Assembly: GCA_963816185.1 (NCBI GenBank)
Contig: CAWFJJ010000030.1
Span: forward strand, 64,001 to 128,000
DNA: 64,000 bases
Reading direction: 5' to 3'
DNA from: Thermoanaerobaculia bacterium
GTDB taxonomy: Bacteria; Acidobacteriota; Thermoanaerobaculia; UBA5066
Shown here: in pieces, positions 1 through 9,693 of the stretch
Layout: each line of letters opens with the position of its first letter
Position numbering within the stretch: the first letter of the stretch is position 1
Position numbers and translations under genes: made by a program
The notes under the pieces: generated by a model
Told to the model about the DNA's origin: nothing
What the model saw: the letters and a program-made list of their open reading frames with translations, nothing else
Database searches by the model: none

Positions 1-1300
1 GACCACCCTGCCGCTGCTCCTGGTGGTCCTGGCGGGCATCCTGCTCTGCAACCTGCTGGTGGCCGCCGGGGCCATCGACCGCCTGGTCGCCTGGTTCCTG
101 CAGGGGCTGCGCCACCCCCGGCACCGGCATATATTCATCGCCCTGGGCCTCGGCAACTTCATGGAAGGGGCCAGCGTCATCGCCGAGCCCATCGTGGCGC
201 CGATGCTGCGCTCCGCCGGGGTGAGCCCCGCCGGGGCCGCGGCCCTGTCCATCATCGGCTATGCCGGCCTGATGAGCCTGGAACTGGCCGGCATGATCAT
301 CACGGTCCTGGCCCTGGTCACGGGTCTCCCCCTGATGGACCTGGCCGTCGCCACCGCCTGGCTGTCGGTGCCGGCGGTGCTGGCCATGGCCGCCTGTATC
401 CCCTGGTTCCTGCCCCCGGCCGACGGCGGCTGGCGCCTGCTGCCCGAGGCCCTGGGGGCCGGCCTGCTGGTGAGCCTGGTGGTCCTGGCCGCGGTCCTGA
501 CCGTGGGGGTGGCCTTATCCGGCATGCTGGGCGGGCTGGCGCTGATGGGCGTTTTGCTCCTCCTGGGCCCCCGGCGCCATAACTTCAGCCGCCAACTCGG
601 CCGCGACCTCCTGCCCTTTGCCTGCATCTTTGTGCCCCTGCTCCTGGTGAACACGGTGCCCTGGCTCCACGACCTCACCAGCCGCCGCTGGGTGTTGGAC
701 GTGCGCCTGGTGCCCATTCACCAGATCACCCTGACGCCTCTCTTTTCCGCCTATTTATACCTGTTTCTGGCCCTGGGGGTGGCGCTGGCGGTTTTTCGAG
801 ACGTCCAGCGCCAGCCGGTGCTGGCCATCGGCCTGAGCCGGGGCTGGCGAGCCCTTGTCGCCATGGGCCTGTTCGGCGCCATGGGCCAGATCATCGCCTA
901 CTCGGGCTATGCCGAGGGCTTTGTCAGCCTGACCGAGGCCCACAATATCCCCTGGGTGCTGGCCATGGGGCTGAAGGCCTATACCGGCAGCCTCTACCCC
1001 GTGTTCGTGCCCTTGCTGGGCTGGGTGGGCACCTTTCTGACCGGCTACGGCGTGGCCTCCCTGATGCTCTTCGGGAATTTGCAGGTGCACGCCGCCGCCT
1101 TGCTCAACGTCTCGGCGGTGTATCTGGCCGCGGGCCTCACCGTGGGCGCCGCCCTCGGGTCCATCTCCTCGCCTTTCAAGATCGCCATCGCCGCGCCCAT
1201 GTGCGGCGCCCTGGGACAGGAGGGCCGGATTTTGCGGCGCACCATCCCCCTGGGCCTTGCCGCTTCCTGCCTCATCGGCTTGATCCTCTGGGCCTTATAA
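1..1300 (+). CDS. L-lactate permease family transporter (5'-truncated by window edge)
   Basis: Highly hydrophobic ORF; C-terminal motifs GxxGTFLTGxxxxSxxLFGxLQ, GSISSPxKI and GQEGxILR resemble the LctP family. Confidence 0.7.
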   Translation, partial: TTLPLLLVVLAGILLCNLLVAAGAIDRLVAWFLQGLRHPRHRHIFIALGLGNFMEGASVIAEPIVAPMLRSAGVSPAGAAALSIIGYAGLMSLELAGMIITVLALVTGLPLMDLAVATAWLSVPAVLAMAACIPWFLPPADGGWRLLPEALGAGLLVSLVVLAAVLTVGVALSGMLGGLALMGVLLLLGPRRHNFSRQLGRDLLPFACIFVPLLLVNTVPWLHDLTSRRWVLDVRLVPIHQITLTPLFSAYLYLFLALGVALAVFRDVQRQPVLAIGLSRGWRALVAMGLFGAMGQIIAYSGYAEGFVSLTEAHNIPWVLAMGLKAYTGSLYPVFVPLLGWVGTFLTGYGVASLMLFGNLQVHAAALLNVSAVYLAAGLTVGAALGSISSPFKIAIAAPMCGALGQEGRILRRTIPLGLAASCLIGLILWAL

Positions 1301-1582
1301 CGCTGATCCCTGGAAAGCGGGTCATCCCGGCGAGATCGGGTCTGCGGCGCCGTCTTGGCTTTTATTTCCGGCCATAAACTTCGAAAGATCTCCTTAACTT
1401 TAAAGATTCCTCAGTTGCTGCCGATTGACTAGTCAGGCAAATAGGGGCGCGGCCAACGCCGCGCTTTATCCGCTGCTGGCTTCGGCAGTCCGGATATGCC
1501 TGGAGGTTGCGGCAAATAATTTCGGGGCCAGGGGACGGAACTGTTGCAGTTTGGGACGGCAATTGCCCAAATCCGGCCTGGA

Positions 1583-3013
1583 ATGGAGATCATGGTGCCT
1601 GCCAAAAAAAACTACGCCGTTATCCTCATGGCCGTCTTGGTCATGATCGGGGTCGGTGCGGCCTATGTTTTTTGGTCGACTGGCCAGAAAGAATTGCACT
1701 TGACTCCCCAAAAGAGGGCGGTCAGCAAAGCCGGGCCGACTTCGGCCGCCGAGGTGGGCACCGGCTGGAGCGTTAAAGACGCCCCCGGCGAGGCCGTGCG
1801 CCAGGCCCTGGCCATGGCTCTCCAAGGCAAGCCGCAAGCCGCCCCCGATTTTGTCGCACTCTTTGCCACCTCCGGGGCCGATCTCTCGGGCATCCTGGCC
1901 GAGGCTCGAAAAATCCTGGGGGATAAAACCAAAATCTTCGGCGGCACTTCCGACTCCCGGGCCCTCATGACCAATCGGGGCTTTATCCACGCGGGGGAAA
2001 AGCATTATACCGCAACTGGTAATAACCCGGGCCTGGCGATTATGACGGTCTCCTCGCCAGATATCGTCTTCGGCGTGGGTTCGGCTGATTTCTCCCGCTA
2101 CGCCACCCCCAAAGAGGGTGCCAGGGCCGCGCTGAGGCAGGCCCTGGAAAGTTGCGGCAAATCTCCTCAGGCAGCGCCTCAGGCGGTTTTAGCCGTCATC
2201 TCCAGGAACTTTGAAGAGGCAGCCCTCGCGGGCCTCTCGCAAGTGCTGGGCCCCAATGTTCCTCTCTTGGGCGGCACCACCGGAGGCCCCAAGTTTGAGG
2301 TCGTGGGAGACCAAGAAGCTTGGGCGCAGGGCATTTCCTTGGCGGTTATCTACACCAAACTGCCTTTATGCTGGGTATTTGAAGGGGGCTTCGAGGTGCC
2401 GGATACGCAAAGAGGGGTGGTTACCAAAATGGAGGGAGCCGCCGTCTTGCAAATCAACTGGCGCCCGGCCCTGGACGTTTATGATGAATGGTTGGGGGGC
2501 AAAATTTCGAAACTCCAACAAGAAGGTGCAACCCTTGTAGAAATCAGAAACTTAATGACTTTGAATCCCTTTTACCGGCGTTACACCTCTCTGGACGGCC
2601 ATAATTATTTCCTGTTTTCGGTTCCCTGGCCCAGAAATCAGACCCCGCAGGATAAAGCCTTTGTGACGTCCACCGAAATAAGCCTGGGGGACGAAATCCA
2701 CCTGAGCCACGGTACCTGGGAAAGACTCCTGAATCGCGTGGGTAACCTGCCTCTGAGCGCCCGAATCCAATGCGGCATCGCTCCCGAGTGGAAGCCCTTG
2801 CTCGGCATCGGGTTTGTCTGTGCCGGGGTCATGCGGGCCATCCCCGCCGCCGAGCGGGAGAAGATGCCTTTATTGATCAACTACGCCAATGGTCAGGCTC
2901 CATTCATCATCCCTTTCAGTTGGGGAGAACAGGGTTATTTCCCTGGAGTCGGCTACAAACACGGCAATCTGCTCACGTCTTTCCTGGCTATTGGCGAGAA
3001 GGAACCCAGGTAG
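1583..3013 (+). CDS. FIST_N/FIST_C domain signal-transduction protein with N-terminal membrane anchor
   Basis: GTGWS, PDFVALFAT, IFGGTS, PLLGG, VVTKxEGxxVxxIxxRPALDVYxEW, CAG and FSWGEQG motifs typical of FIST proteins; hydrophobic AVILMAVLVMIGVGAAYVFW at the N-terminus. Start ATG 1583 or 1592. Confidence 0.8.
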   Translation: MEIMVPAKKNYAVILMAVLVMIGVGAAYVFWSTGQKELHLTPQKRAVSKAGPTSAAEVGTGWSVKDAPGEAVRQALAMALQGKPQAAPDFVALFATSGADLSGILAEARKILGDKTKIFGGTSDSRALMTNRGFIHAGEKHYTATGNNPGLAIMTVSSPDIVFGVGSADFSRYATPKEGARAALRQALESCGKSPQAAPQAVLAVISRNFEEAALAGLSQVLGPNVPLLGGTTGGPKFEVVGDQEAWAQGISLAVIYTKLPLCWVFEGGFEVPDTQRGVVTKMEGAAVLQINWRPALDVYDEWLGGKISKLQQEGATLVEIRNLMTLNPFYRRYTSLDGHNYFLFSVPWPRNQTPQDKAFVTSTEISLGDEIHLSHGTWERLLNRVGNLPLSARIQCGIAPEWKPLLGIGFVCAGVMRAIPAAEREKMPLLINYANGQAPFIIPFSWGEQGYFPGVGYKHGNLLTSFLAIGEKEPR

Positions 3014-6000
3014 ATGAGGCTGTTCTGGAAAATATTCACCGCCGTTTTCCTTACCATGGTCGGGGCGGTGTTTATCATTGCCTATTTCACTACTCTCAAA
3101 CAGATCAAAGATGCTGAACAGCACCTCGTGGCAAACTATACCACCACCGGAGATTTCATTTCCCGGGAGATCGAGCATTACCAGGTCGAATCCAGATGGC
3201 CGTTTGATAGGCTGAACCGGCTTGCCAAACAGCAGGGCTTCTTGTTCTGGTGGGTGGTCCGGGAGGACGGCGTCATCCACCTGGCCGACCAGACCGCGAT
3301 GATGGGCACCAACGCCAATGACTATTTCCCTCAAGTCACCTCGGGCGCTTCTCGGGAAAAGGTGCTGCTGAACTGGCGGGAAAACTATGGACTATTTATC
3401 ACCCCGCTGGAAATCGGTAAAAAGCAGTGGACCTTCTGGCTCGGTTTTTCCCTGACCCAAATCTGGGAGATCAAGAAAAACATTATCCTTTTGAGTCTGC
3501 TGATCTCCTTGGCTGCCTCCCTCGGACTGGGAACCGTCCTTTACCTCGCCATCGGCCACCTGGTGAAGCCCATCGCGGACCTGACCCTGGCCGCGGCCTC
3601 CATCGGCAAGGGGGATCTGAGCCCTAGGGTGGCGATCAAGTCGAGAGACGAGATCGGGCAACTGGCCGACGCCTTCAATCAGATGGCGGCTGACCTCGAG
3701 ACGACCACGGTTTCCCGGGATTACATGGACAGCATCCTGGAAACCATGCCGGGTGTCCTGATGGTGGTGGACGCCGACGCCAGCATCATCACCACCAACA
3801 GTTCGGCTTGCCGCATCCTGGGTTACGCCAAAGGGGAACTCACCGGTAAGCCTATGACCAAGGTCCTGGGCCGGGACCAGTCCCTCGGGCCTAACCTGGA
3901 GAAGCTTTTCGAGGCAGGCGACTTAACCAATAGGGAGATCAACTACCAAACTAAAGACGGCTGTCAGGTGCCGGTGTTTTTGAGTAGTACGGTGCGGCGG
4001 GATGCAGCCGGACGAATCAGCTATATCGTCTGTGACGCCCTCGATATCACCGAACACAAGAAGTCCGAAGCCGCCCTGGTGGAAAGTGAGCGCCGCTTTC
4101 GGGACCTCGCCGAGAACTCGGCCGAATGGATCTGGGAAGTGGACCCGGACGGCAAATACACTTACGCCTCCCCGGTGGTGGCAGAACTGCTCGGATACCG
4201 GCCCGAAGAAGTGCTGGCCAAACATTTCTACGACCTGTTCCATCCCGAGGATCGGGAAGACCTCAAACAGGGCGCCTTCAGGTTCTTTGCCCAAAAATTG
4301 CCCTTTCGGGATTTTATCAACCGCAATATCAACAAGAACGGGGAAACCGTCTGGATCTCCACCAGCGGCGTGCCGATCCTCGATGAGCAGGGTAATCTGC
4401 AAGGCTATCGCGGCGCCGATATCGACATCACGGCCCGGCGTCAGGCCGAGGACGCCCTGCGGGCCAACGAGCGCTTCCTGACCACGGTTTTCGCCAGTAT
4501 TCAGGATGGCATCAGCATTCTCGACCTGGATTATAACATCGTCAGGGTCAACGCCGCCATGGAGCAGACTTTTCCTCAGGCCATGCCTCTGGTGGCTAAA
4601 AAGTGCTATACCGCCTATCATGGCCGCTCTAAACCTTGTGAAATCTGCCCTGTCCGCCGGACTCTGGAGACGGCGCAAGCTGCCCAGGATGTGGTTATCG
4701 AAAGGGGAGCCGGCGATGAAATTCTCAGATATGTAGATCTCTCTACCTTTCCGCTGATTGATCCGGCCTCGGGAAAGATGAACGGGGTGGTGGAATCAGT
4801 CCGGGACATCACCCCAGAGAAGCAGGCCGAGGAAGCCTTACGCCGTAGCGAAGCAAACCTGCGCCAGTCGCAAAAAATGGAGGCCGTCGGCCGCCTGGCC
4901 GGTGGCGTGGCCCACGACTTCAATAACATCCTGACCGCGCTTATCGGTTACAGTGAACTCTTGCAGGGGAAATTCGAGCCGGGCGATCCGCGCCTCAATG
5001 ATATTGAGGAAATCCACAAGGCCGCGGAAAGGGCCGCTTCCTTGACCCGTCAGCTCCTGGCCTTCAGCCGCAAGCAGATCTTTGCCCCCAAGGTGCTTAA
5101 CCTCAATAATCTGATCCTGGACCTGGATAAGATGCTGCGGCGCCTCCTCAGTGAAGATATTAAACTGGTCACCATTCCGGGGGAGAATCTGGGAGAGGTC
5201 ATGGCCGACCCCGGCCAGATGGAGCAAGTCCTCATCAACCTGGCGGTCAATGCCCGGGATGCCATGCCCCGGGGCGGGGTGATCACCATTGAGACCCAAA
5301 ACGTCTTTCTGGATGCGGCTTACGCCCAAAAGTACGCGGAGGTGCAACCGGGCGATTACGTGATGCTGGCGGTAAGTGATACCGGCAGTGGCCTGGATGA
5401 GGCCTCCCGGGCCCGCATCTTTGAGCCTTTCTATACCACCAAGGAGTTGGGGCAGGGCACCGGGCTGGGGCTCTCCACCGTCCACGGCATCATCAAGCAG
5501 AGCGGCGGGCACATCAATGTTTACAGCGAAGTGGGCCAGGGGGCCACCTTCAAGGTCTACCTGCCGCGCCTCCGCCAGCCGGTGCAGGCGGAGGCCGCTG
5601 CCCCCGTCAGTTGCAACTTCGACCGGGGCGCGGAAACCATCCTGCTGGTGGAGGACGAAGACATGGTGCGCCAGGTGGCCCGGCGCATCTTGGAAATGCA
5701 CGGCTATACCGTGCTGGAGGCTGCCTCTGGCCCTGAGGCCTTGCTGGTGAGCCAGCAGACCCAGGGTCCCATTCACTTAATGCTCACCGATGTAGTTATG
5801 CCCGGGATGAGCGGCGGCCAGACCGCTGAGCGGCTGCAGGCCGAACGGCCGGAACTGAAGGTTGTGTTCATGTCGGGGCACACCGAAAACTCCATCGTCC
5901 ACCACGGGGTGCTGGACCCGGGGGTTGCCTTTATCCAAAAGCCCTTCAGAAGCGACCTGCTGGTCCACAATGTGCGCCTGGTCCTGGACCAACCTCCCAG

Positions 6001-6049
6001 GGCCGACGGTCTGGTCAAACTCCAGAGAAAAAAAACCGCGGTGCTCTGA
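3014..6049 (+). CDS. Membrane hybrid sensor histidine kinase (2 TM, HAMP, 3 PAS, HisKA, HATPase, REC)
   Basis: DEIGQLADAFNQM (HAMP), three PAS/PAC repeats, GGVAHDFNNIL (H-box), NARDAM, DTGSG, GTGLGL, receiver TILLVEDE...LTDVVMP. ATG directly follows the FIST stop codon. Confidence 0.95.
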   Translation: MRLFWKIFTAVFLTMVGAVFIIAYFTTLKQIKDAEQHLVANYTTTGDFISREIEHYQVESRWPFDRLNRLAKQQGFLFWWVVREDGVIHLADQTAMMGTNANDYFPQVTSGASREKVLLNWRENYGLFITPLEIGKKQWTFWLGFSLTQIWEIKKNIILLSLLISLAASLGLGTVLYLAIGHLVKPIADLTLAAASIGKGDLSPRVAIKSRDEIGQLADAFNQMAADLETTTVSRDYMDSILETMPGVLMVVDADASIITTNSSACRILGYAKGELTGKPMTKVLGRDQSLGPNLEKLFEAGDLTNREINYQTKDGCQVPVFLSSTVRRDAAGRISYIVCDALDITEHKKSEAALVESERRFRDLAENSAEWIWEVDPDGKYTYASPVVAELLGYRPEEVLAKHFYDLFHPEDREDLKQGAFRFFAQKLPFRDFINRNINKNGETVWISTSGVPILDEQGNLQGYRGADIDITARRQAEDALRANERFLTTVFASIQDGISILDLDYNIVRVNAAMEQTFPQAMPLVAKKCYTAYHGRSKPCEICPVRRTLETAQAAQDVVIERGAGDEILRYVDLSTFPLIDPASGKMNGVVESVRDITPEKQAEEALRRSEANLRQSQKMEAVGRLAGGVAHDFNNILTALIGYSELLQGKFEPGDPRLNDIEEIHKAAERAASLTRQLLAFSRKQIFAPKVLNLNNLILDLDKMLRRLLSEDIKLVTIPGENLGEVMADPGQMEQVLINLAVNARDAMPRGGVITIETQNVFLDAAYAQKYAEVQPGDYVMLAVSDTGSGLDEASRARIFEPFYTTKELGQGTGLGLSTVHGIIKQSGGHINVYSEVGQGATFKVYLPRLRQPVQAEAAAPVSCNFDRGAETILLVEDEDMVRQVARRILEMHGYTVLEAASGPEALLVSQQTQGPIHLMLTDVVMPGMSGGQTAERLQAERPELKVVFMSGHTENSIVHHGVLDPGVAFIQKPFRSDLLVHNVRLVLDQPPRADGLVKLQRKKTAVL

Positions 6050-6367
6050 AATTTAGTGCCGGGAACGGGCCGAGAGCGACACTGAGGCCCGGAGGCGCCC
6101 CCACCAGCCTGCTCCCGTTTTAGCGGGCTTGTCTCTGCAATGAAATTTCTAATTGCGCGCCTTGACTTTGAGATGCTTGTACTTACATTGAATACAAGCC
6201 TTAGCGGGCATCGCCCTCTCAATCAGGCTCGACCTTCGGCACTTTTTCGGTCGCACCGTAAAACTCAATTTTCTTCGGTAATTAACCGCATCTTCCATGC
6301 CCCAAACGGGTTATAGGTCTGTCCTTCATGCGTTTTCGCCGGTCAATTTAGCCTACAAGGAGAATGT

Positions 6368-6808
6368 ATGAACGTGCAATATGCAGGGAAGCGCCATCAG
6401 GCCATGGATGAAGGTCAACCAGTCGAGGGCCGCGGCCTGAAGCAGCAACCGCTGGCTCAGGTGGGGAAATGGGAATGGCATTTATTGACTAAAAAATTTA
6501 TTTGGTGCGCAGAAATGTATCGGATTTTCAATCTCTCCCCGCAACCAGTACCCCTCCGGACCGGCCACTTTTTCAATGGTGTCCACCCCGAAGATCGGGA
6601 GAGGGTGGTGCGGGCCTTTGGACAGGCCCTGGTCGGCGGCCAGCCTTACCGGATTGAACATCGCATCGTCTGGCCCGATGGCTCGGTGCGCCTCGTGCAA
6701 GGGGAAGCCGAGGTTAAGTTTGATCAGCGCGGCTGCCCGGTCAGCATGTTCGGGACCATCCGGGATATCACCAGCTTTAGTCAGTCCGGAAAGGTCTCCC
6801 GGAAATAG
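6368..6808 (+). CDS. Stand-alone PAS (PAS_3/PAC) domain protein
   Basis: GKWEW...MYRIF...VHPEDRERV...EHRIVWPDG...GTIRDIT; RBS AAGGAG upstream. Confidence 0.85.
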   Translation: MNVQYAGKRHQAMDEGQPVEGRGLKQQPLAQVGKWEWHLLTKKFIWCAEMYRIFNLSPQPVPLRTGHFFNGVHPEDRERVVRAFGQALVGGQPYRIEHRIVWPDGSVRLVQGEAEVKFDQRGCPVSMFGTIRDITSFSQSGKVSRK

Positions 6809-6848
6809 GCTAAACCATGGACCCTGAGCATTTTACTCCCGTGAATGA

Positions 6849-6922
6849 AAATCCCCCCTCCCCCCCTTTTCAAAGGGGGGTTTAAAAGTCCCCCTTTGAA
6901 AAAGGGGGATTTAGGGGGATTT
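6849..6922. repeat. Intergenic palindromic repeat family A (AAGTCCCCCTTT..AAAGGGGGATTTAGGGGGATT)
   Basis: Near-identical copies at ~8942-9014 and ~35540-35575. Confidence 0.85.
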
Positions 6923-7030
6923 TAGTTTTCACGTTAAAAACTTATGAGAGTGATCGGTATACCCCTCGGATTCCGCAAAATCGCTTAGTTTTATCCGGCA
7001 GGTGGCGTCGCCACTAGAACAGGAATCAGG

Positions 7031-7285
7031 TTGATCAGCGAAATTCGTCTCCAGGTCAAGGGCATGATGCAACAAGGGGGCTTCACCTGAGCCGGTTGCC
7101 CCGACGCCGTGCGCGCCGAACTGCTCAATCTGACCGGCCTGCTGGCAGTGCAGTATCACGCCGACCAGGATTTTTTCTCGGTGCGCTTCGAATCCGTCTT
7201 GGTGAACTCGGCAGCCATTTTTGCCGCCGTGGCCGCGGCCGGTAAAAAAATGGGGCGGGATTACCTCCCGGAGGTCATTCCTTGA
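7031..7285 (+). CDS. Putative selenoprotein, heavy-metal-associated (HMA/MerP/CopZ-like) fold with U-x-x-C motif
   Basis: TTG start after AGGA; reads MISEIRLQVKGMMQQGGFT-U(TGA 7088-7090)-AGCPDAVRAELLNLTGLLAVQYHADQDFFSVRFESVLVNSAAIFAAVAAAGKKMGRDYLPEVIP*. The pattern follows the HMA GMxCxxC fold with TGA at the first Cys position. Confidence 0.75.
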
Positions 7286-7389
7286 ACCGCTGTAGGGGCA
7301 CGGCGTGCCGTGCCCAAGCACCGGCTATTAGTCATGAAGGCCGGCAGGGGAGGGGGTCCTATACCGGTCCCCCTCCCTGCCGGAGTGTG

Positions 7390-8883
7390 CTACGGCCTCG
7401 CCCCGATGGTCTTCTTTAAATCGGGCTTGGAGACCTTGCCCATGGCATTCCTGGGCAATTCCTCGATGATCACCGCTTCCTTGGGAACCTTGTAGGTGGC
7501 CAGCCGCTCCTTGCCCCAGGCCCGCAGCGCCTCGGTGGTCAGGGTGGCGCCGCTCCTGAGCACCAGGGCGGCGACGATCCGCTCCCCCCAGACCTGATCC
7601 GGCACCCCCACCACCGCAACTTCCTTGATATCCGGGTGCGTCAGCAGGACCTCCTCGATCTCCAGGGCCGAGACCTTATAGCCGCCGGTCTTGATGATGT
7701 CCACGCTGCTGCGCCCGAGAATGCGAAAGATGCCGTTTTCCACCACGGCCACGTCGCCGGTCAAGAACCAGCCGTCCCGGAAGGCCTTTTTGGTCTCTTT
7801 CTGCCGGCCCCAGTACTCCAGAAAAACCGTCTTCCCCCGCACCACGATCTCTCCCGGGGCCCCGGGTCCCACCGGCTGACCCGCTTCATCCACCACCTTG
7901 GCCTCCACTCCCGGCAACGGCGTGCCGACGCAGCCGGGGTAGCGCTTCCCGAGCAGGGAATTGGACAGGCCCATGCCGATCTCGGTCATGCCGTAGCGCT
8001 CCAGGAGAACCTGCCCCGAGATCTCCTGCCACTTCTCCAGAATGGGGACCGGTAAAGCCGCGGAGCCCGAAACCATGAGCCGCATCCCGCCGCAGCCTGC
8101 CGACATCCGCTGCCGCTCGGCCGGGGCGGCCTTCTCCCAGGCGTCGATCAGCTTCACGTAGACGGTGGGCACAGCCATGAACAACGTCAGACCGCCCCGG
8201 GCGATCCGTTCCCAGACCTTTGGGGCCTCGAAGCGGGGAATAATCTCACACACCGCCCCGACCCAGAGGGCGCAGGCGATGACGTTGACGATCCCGTGTA
8301 TATGGTGCAACGGCAAAAATTCCAGGATGCGGTCAGCCTCGGTCCAGCCCCAGGCCTCCACCAGACTGGTGATCTGGGCGGCGATGTTCTCATGCGTCGA
8401 GACCACCCCTTTGGGCTTGCCCGTGGTGCCGCTGGTATAGAGAATCATGGCCCGCCGCGCCGGCGACACCGCCGGCAGTGGGCCGGGGGCGTGTTCCAGG
8501 GCTTCGGGGCTCGTCCCGAATCTGAGCCCGCGCTCGGCCGCGATGGGTCCGACCAGCTCGGCATAATCCGGATGGGCCACGACCACTGCGGGCTTGGTAT
8601 CATCAATGACGTATTCCAGCTCCGGCCGGGGATGGAACAGGGACAACGGCACGGCAATGCCGCCGGCCCGCCAGATGCCCCACTGCAAGGCGACATAATG
8701 GAACCCCTGCGGCGCCAGAAAGGCCACCGGCCGCTCCTGCAAGTCCTGGCTGCCGTTCAGGAGAAAGGCCGCCACCCGGCCGGAGGCCTCCAGGAGTTGC
8801 CGGTAGGTAAAACTGCCTTCCGTGGCCACGATCGCCGGGCGCTCGCCATATTGTTCGGCCCGTGGCACGAGTAGAATCGACAT
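7390..8883 (-). CDS. Acyl-CoA synthetase, malonyl-CoA synthetase (MatB/ACSF3)-like
   Basis: YTSGTTGKPKG, LPLHHIHG, LFMAVPTVY, LMVSGSAAL, LERYGMTE, DIIKTGGYKVSALEIE, LPRNAMGKV. Confidence 0.85.
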   Translation of the reverse strand: MSILLVPRAEQYGERPAIVATEGSFTYRQLLEASGRVAAFLLNGSQDLQERPVAFLAPQGFHYVALQWGIWRAGGIAVPLSLFHPRPELEYVIDDTKPAVVVAHPDYAELVGPIAAERGLRFGTSPEALEHAPGPLPAVSPARRAMILYTSGTTGKPKGVVSTHENIAAQITSLVEAWGWTEADRILEFLPLHHIHGIVNVIACALWVGAVCEIIPRFEAPKVWERIARGGLTLFMAVPTVYVKLIDAWEKAAPAERQRMSAGCGGMRLMVSGSAALPVPILEKWQEISGQVLLERYGMTEIGMGLSNSLLGKRYPGCVGTPLPGVEAKVVDEAGQPVGPGAPGEIVVRGKTVFLEYWGRQKETKKAFRDGWFLTGDVAVVENGIFRILGRSSVDIIKTGGYKVSALEIEEVLLTHPDIKEVAVVGVPDQVWGERIVAALVLRSGATLTTEALRAWGKERLATYKVPKEAVIIEELPRNAMGKVSKPDLKKTIGARP

Positions 8884-8941
8884 AATGCCTCCACTATTGC
8901 AAGATTTCCCAGATAAATGGTTTGTCGCTAGCCGTTCAACA

Positions 8942-9014
8942 AAATCCCTCCTGCCTCCCCTGTTTCATAGGGAGATCAAGTCCCCCTTTGAAAAAGGGGG
9001 ATTTAGGGGGATTT
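8942..9014. repeat. Palindromic repeat family A copy
   Basis: AAGTCCCCCTTTGAAAAAGGGGGATTTAGGGGGATTTT matches the copy at 6886-6922. Confidence 0.85.
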
Positions 9015-9035
9015 TGTTTTCACGAGTAACACCAC

Positions 9036-9680
9036 TCAATAGCCCAAATCCTCGCCCACCAGTTTGACGTGGATGCGGTTTTCAAAACGGTGGCCCTCGA
9101 TAATCGACCACAGGTTGCAGAGCCGGCCGGGACTGCGGCAGTCGGCGCACTGGCCGGTTTCCGCACAGGGCGTCTCGCGGTTGAGACGGATGGCATTGAT
9201 GGGCGCCGCCAGTTGTTTTACCCGGGCCATGGCGCTCTCCAGATCCGGAGTCACCTTGTTCAGGCCGACCACCAGGATGACCTTTTCCGGTCCAAAACAC
9301 ATGGCGGCCACCCGGTTCCCCGTGGCATCCAGGTTCACCAGCCTGCCGTCCATGGTCAAGGCATTGGAGCTGGTTATCAGAAAATCGGCCGTTAGTCCCC
9401 GGCGCATCAAGGCGTAAGCCTCCTCCGGACCCACCCCGGGGGCAAAGGGATTAAGGATTTCCACCCCGGATTTCTGAGCCAGAGCCTCCCACAACCCCAT
9501 CTCCACCAGGGACATGGAGCCGCAGCGGCTCACCAACGCCCCCGAAGGAATCATGGCGATGACCTCTTCCCTGGCCTGGGCGGCCGTGGGGGCGAAGCTC
9601 GCCGCCATTCTGCGCTTGTTAAGTTTCTTGATCAGGTGTTCGGCCAGCTTTTCCCGGTATTTTATTTGTGGAGCGTCCAT
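9036..9680 (-). CDS. LUD-domain (lactate utilization LutC/DUF162-like) protein
   Basis: GSMSL, ADFLITSSNALTxDGxLVNxDxxGNRVAA, GxNK, TPCAxTGxCxDCxSPxRxCN, GEDLGY. Confidence 0.85.
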   Translation of the reverse strand: MDAPQIKYREKLAEHLIKKLNKRRMAASFAPTAAQAREEVIAMIPSGALVSRCGSMSLVEMGLWEALAQKSGVEILNPFAPGVGPEEAYALMRRGLTADFLITSSNALTMDGRLVNLDATGNRVAAMCFGPEKVILVVGLNKVTPDLESAMARVKQLAAPINAIRLNRETPCAETGQCADCRSPGRLCNLWSIIEGHRFENRIHVKLVGEDLGY

Positions 9681-9693
9681 AACCCCTCTCCTG

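Noticed and set aside
6929-7321. 130-aa minus-strand ORF
   Set aside because: No recognisable motifs; it is the antisense shadow of the plus-strand HMA selenoprotein and a REP.
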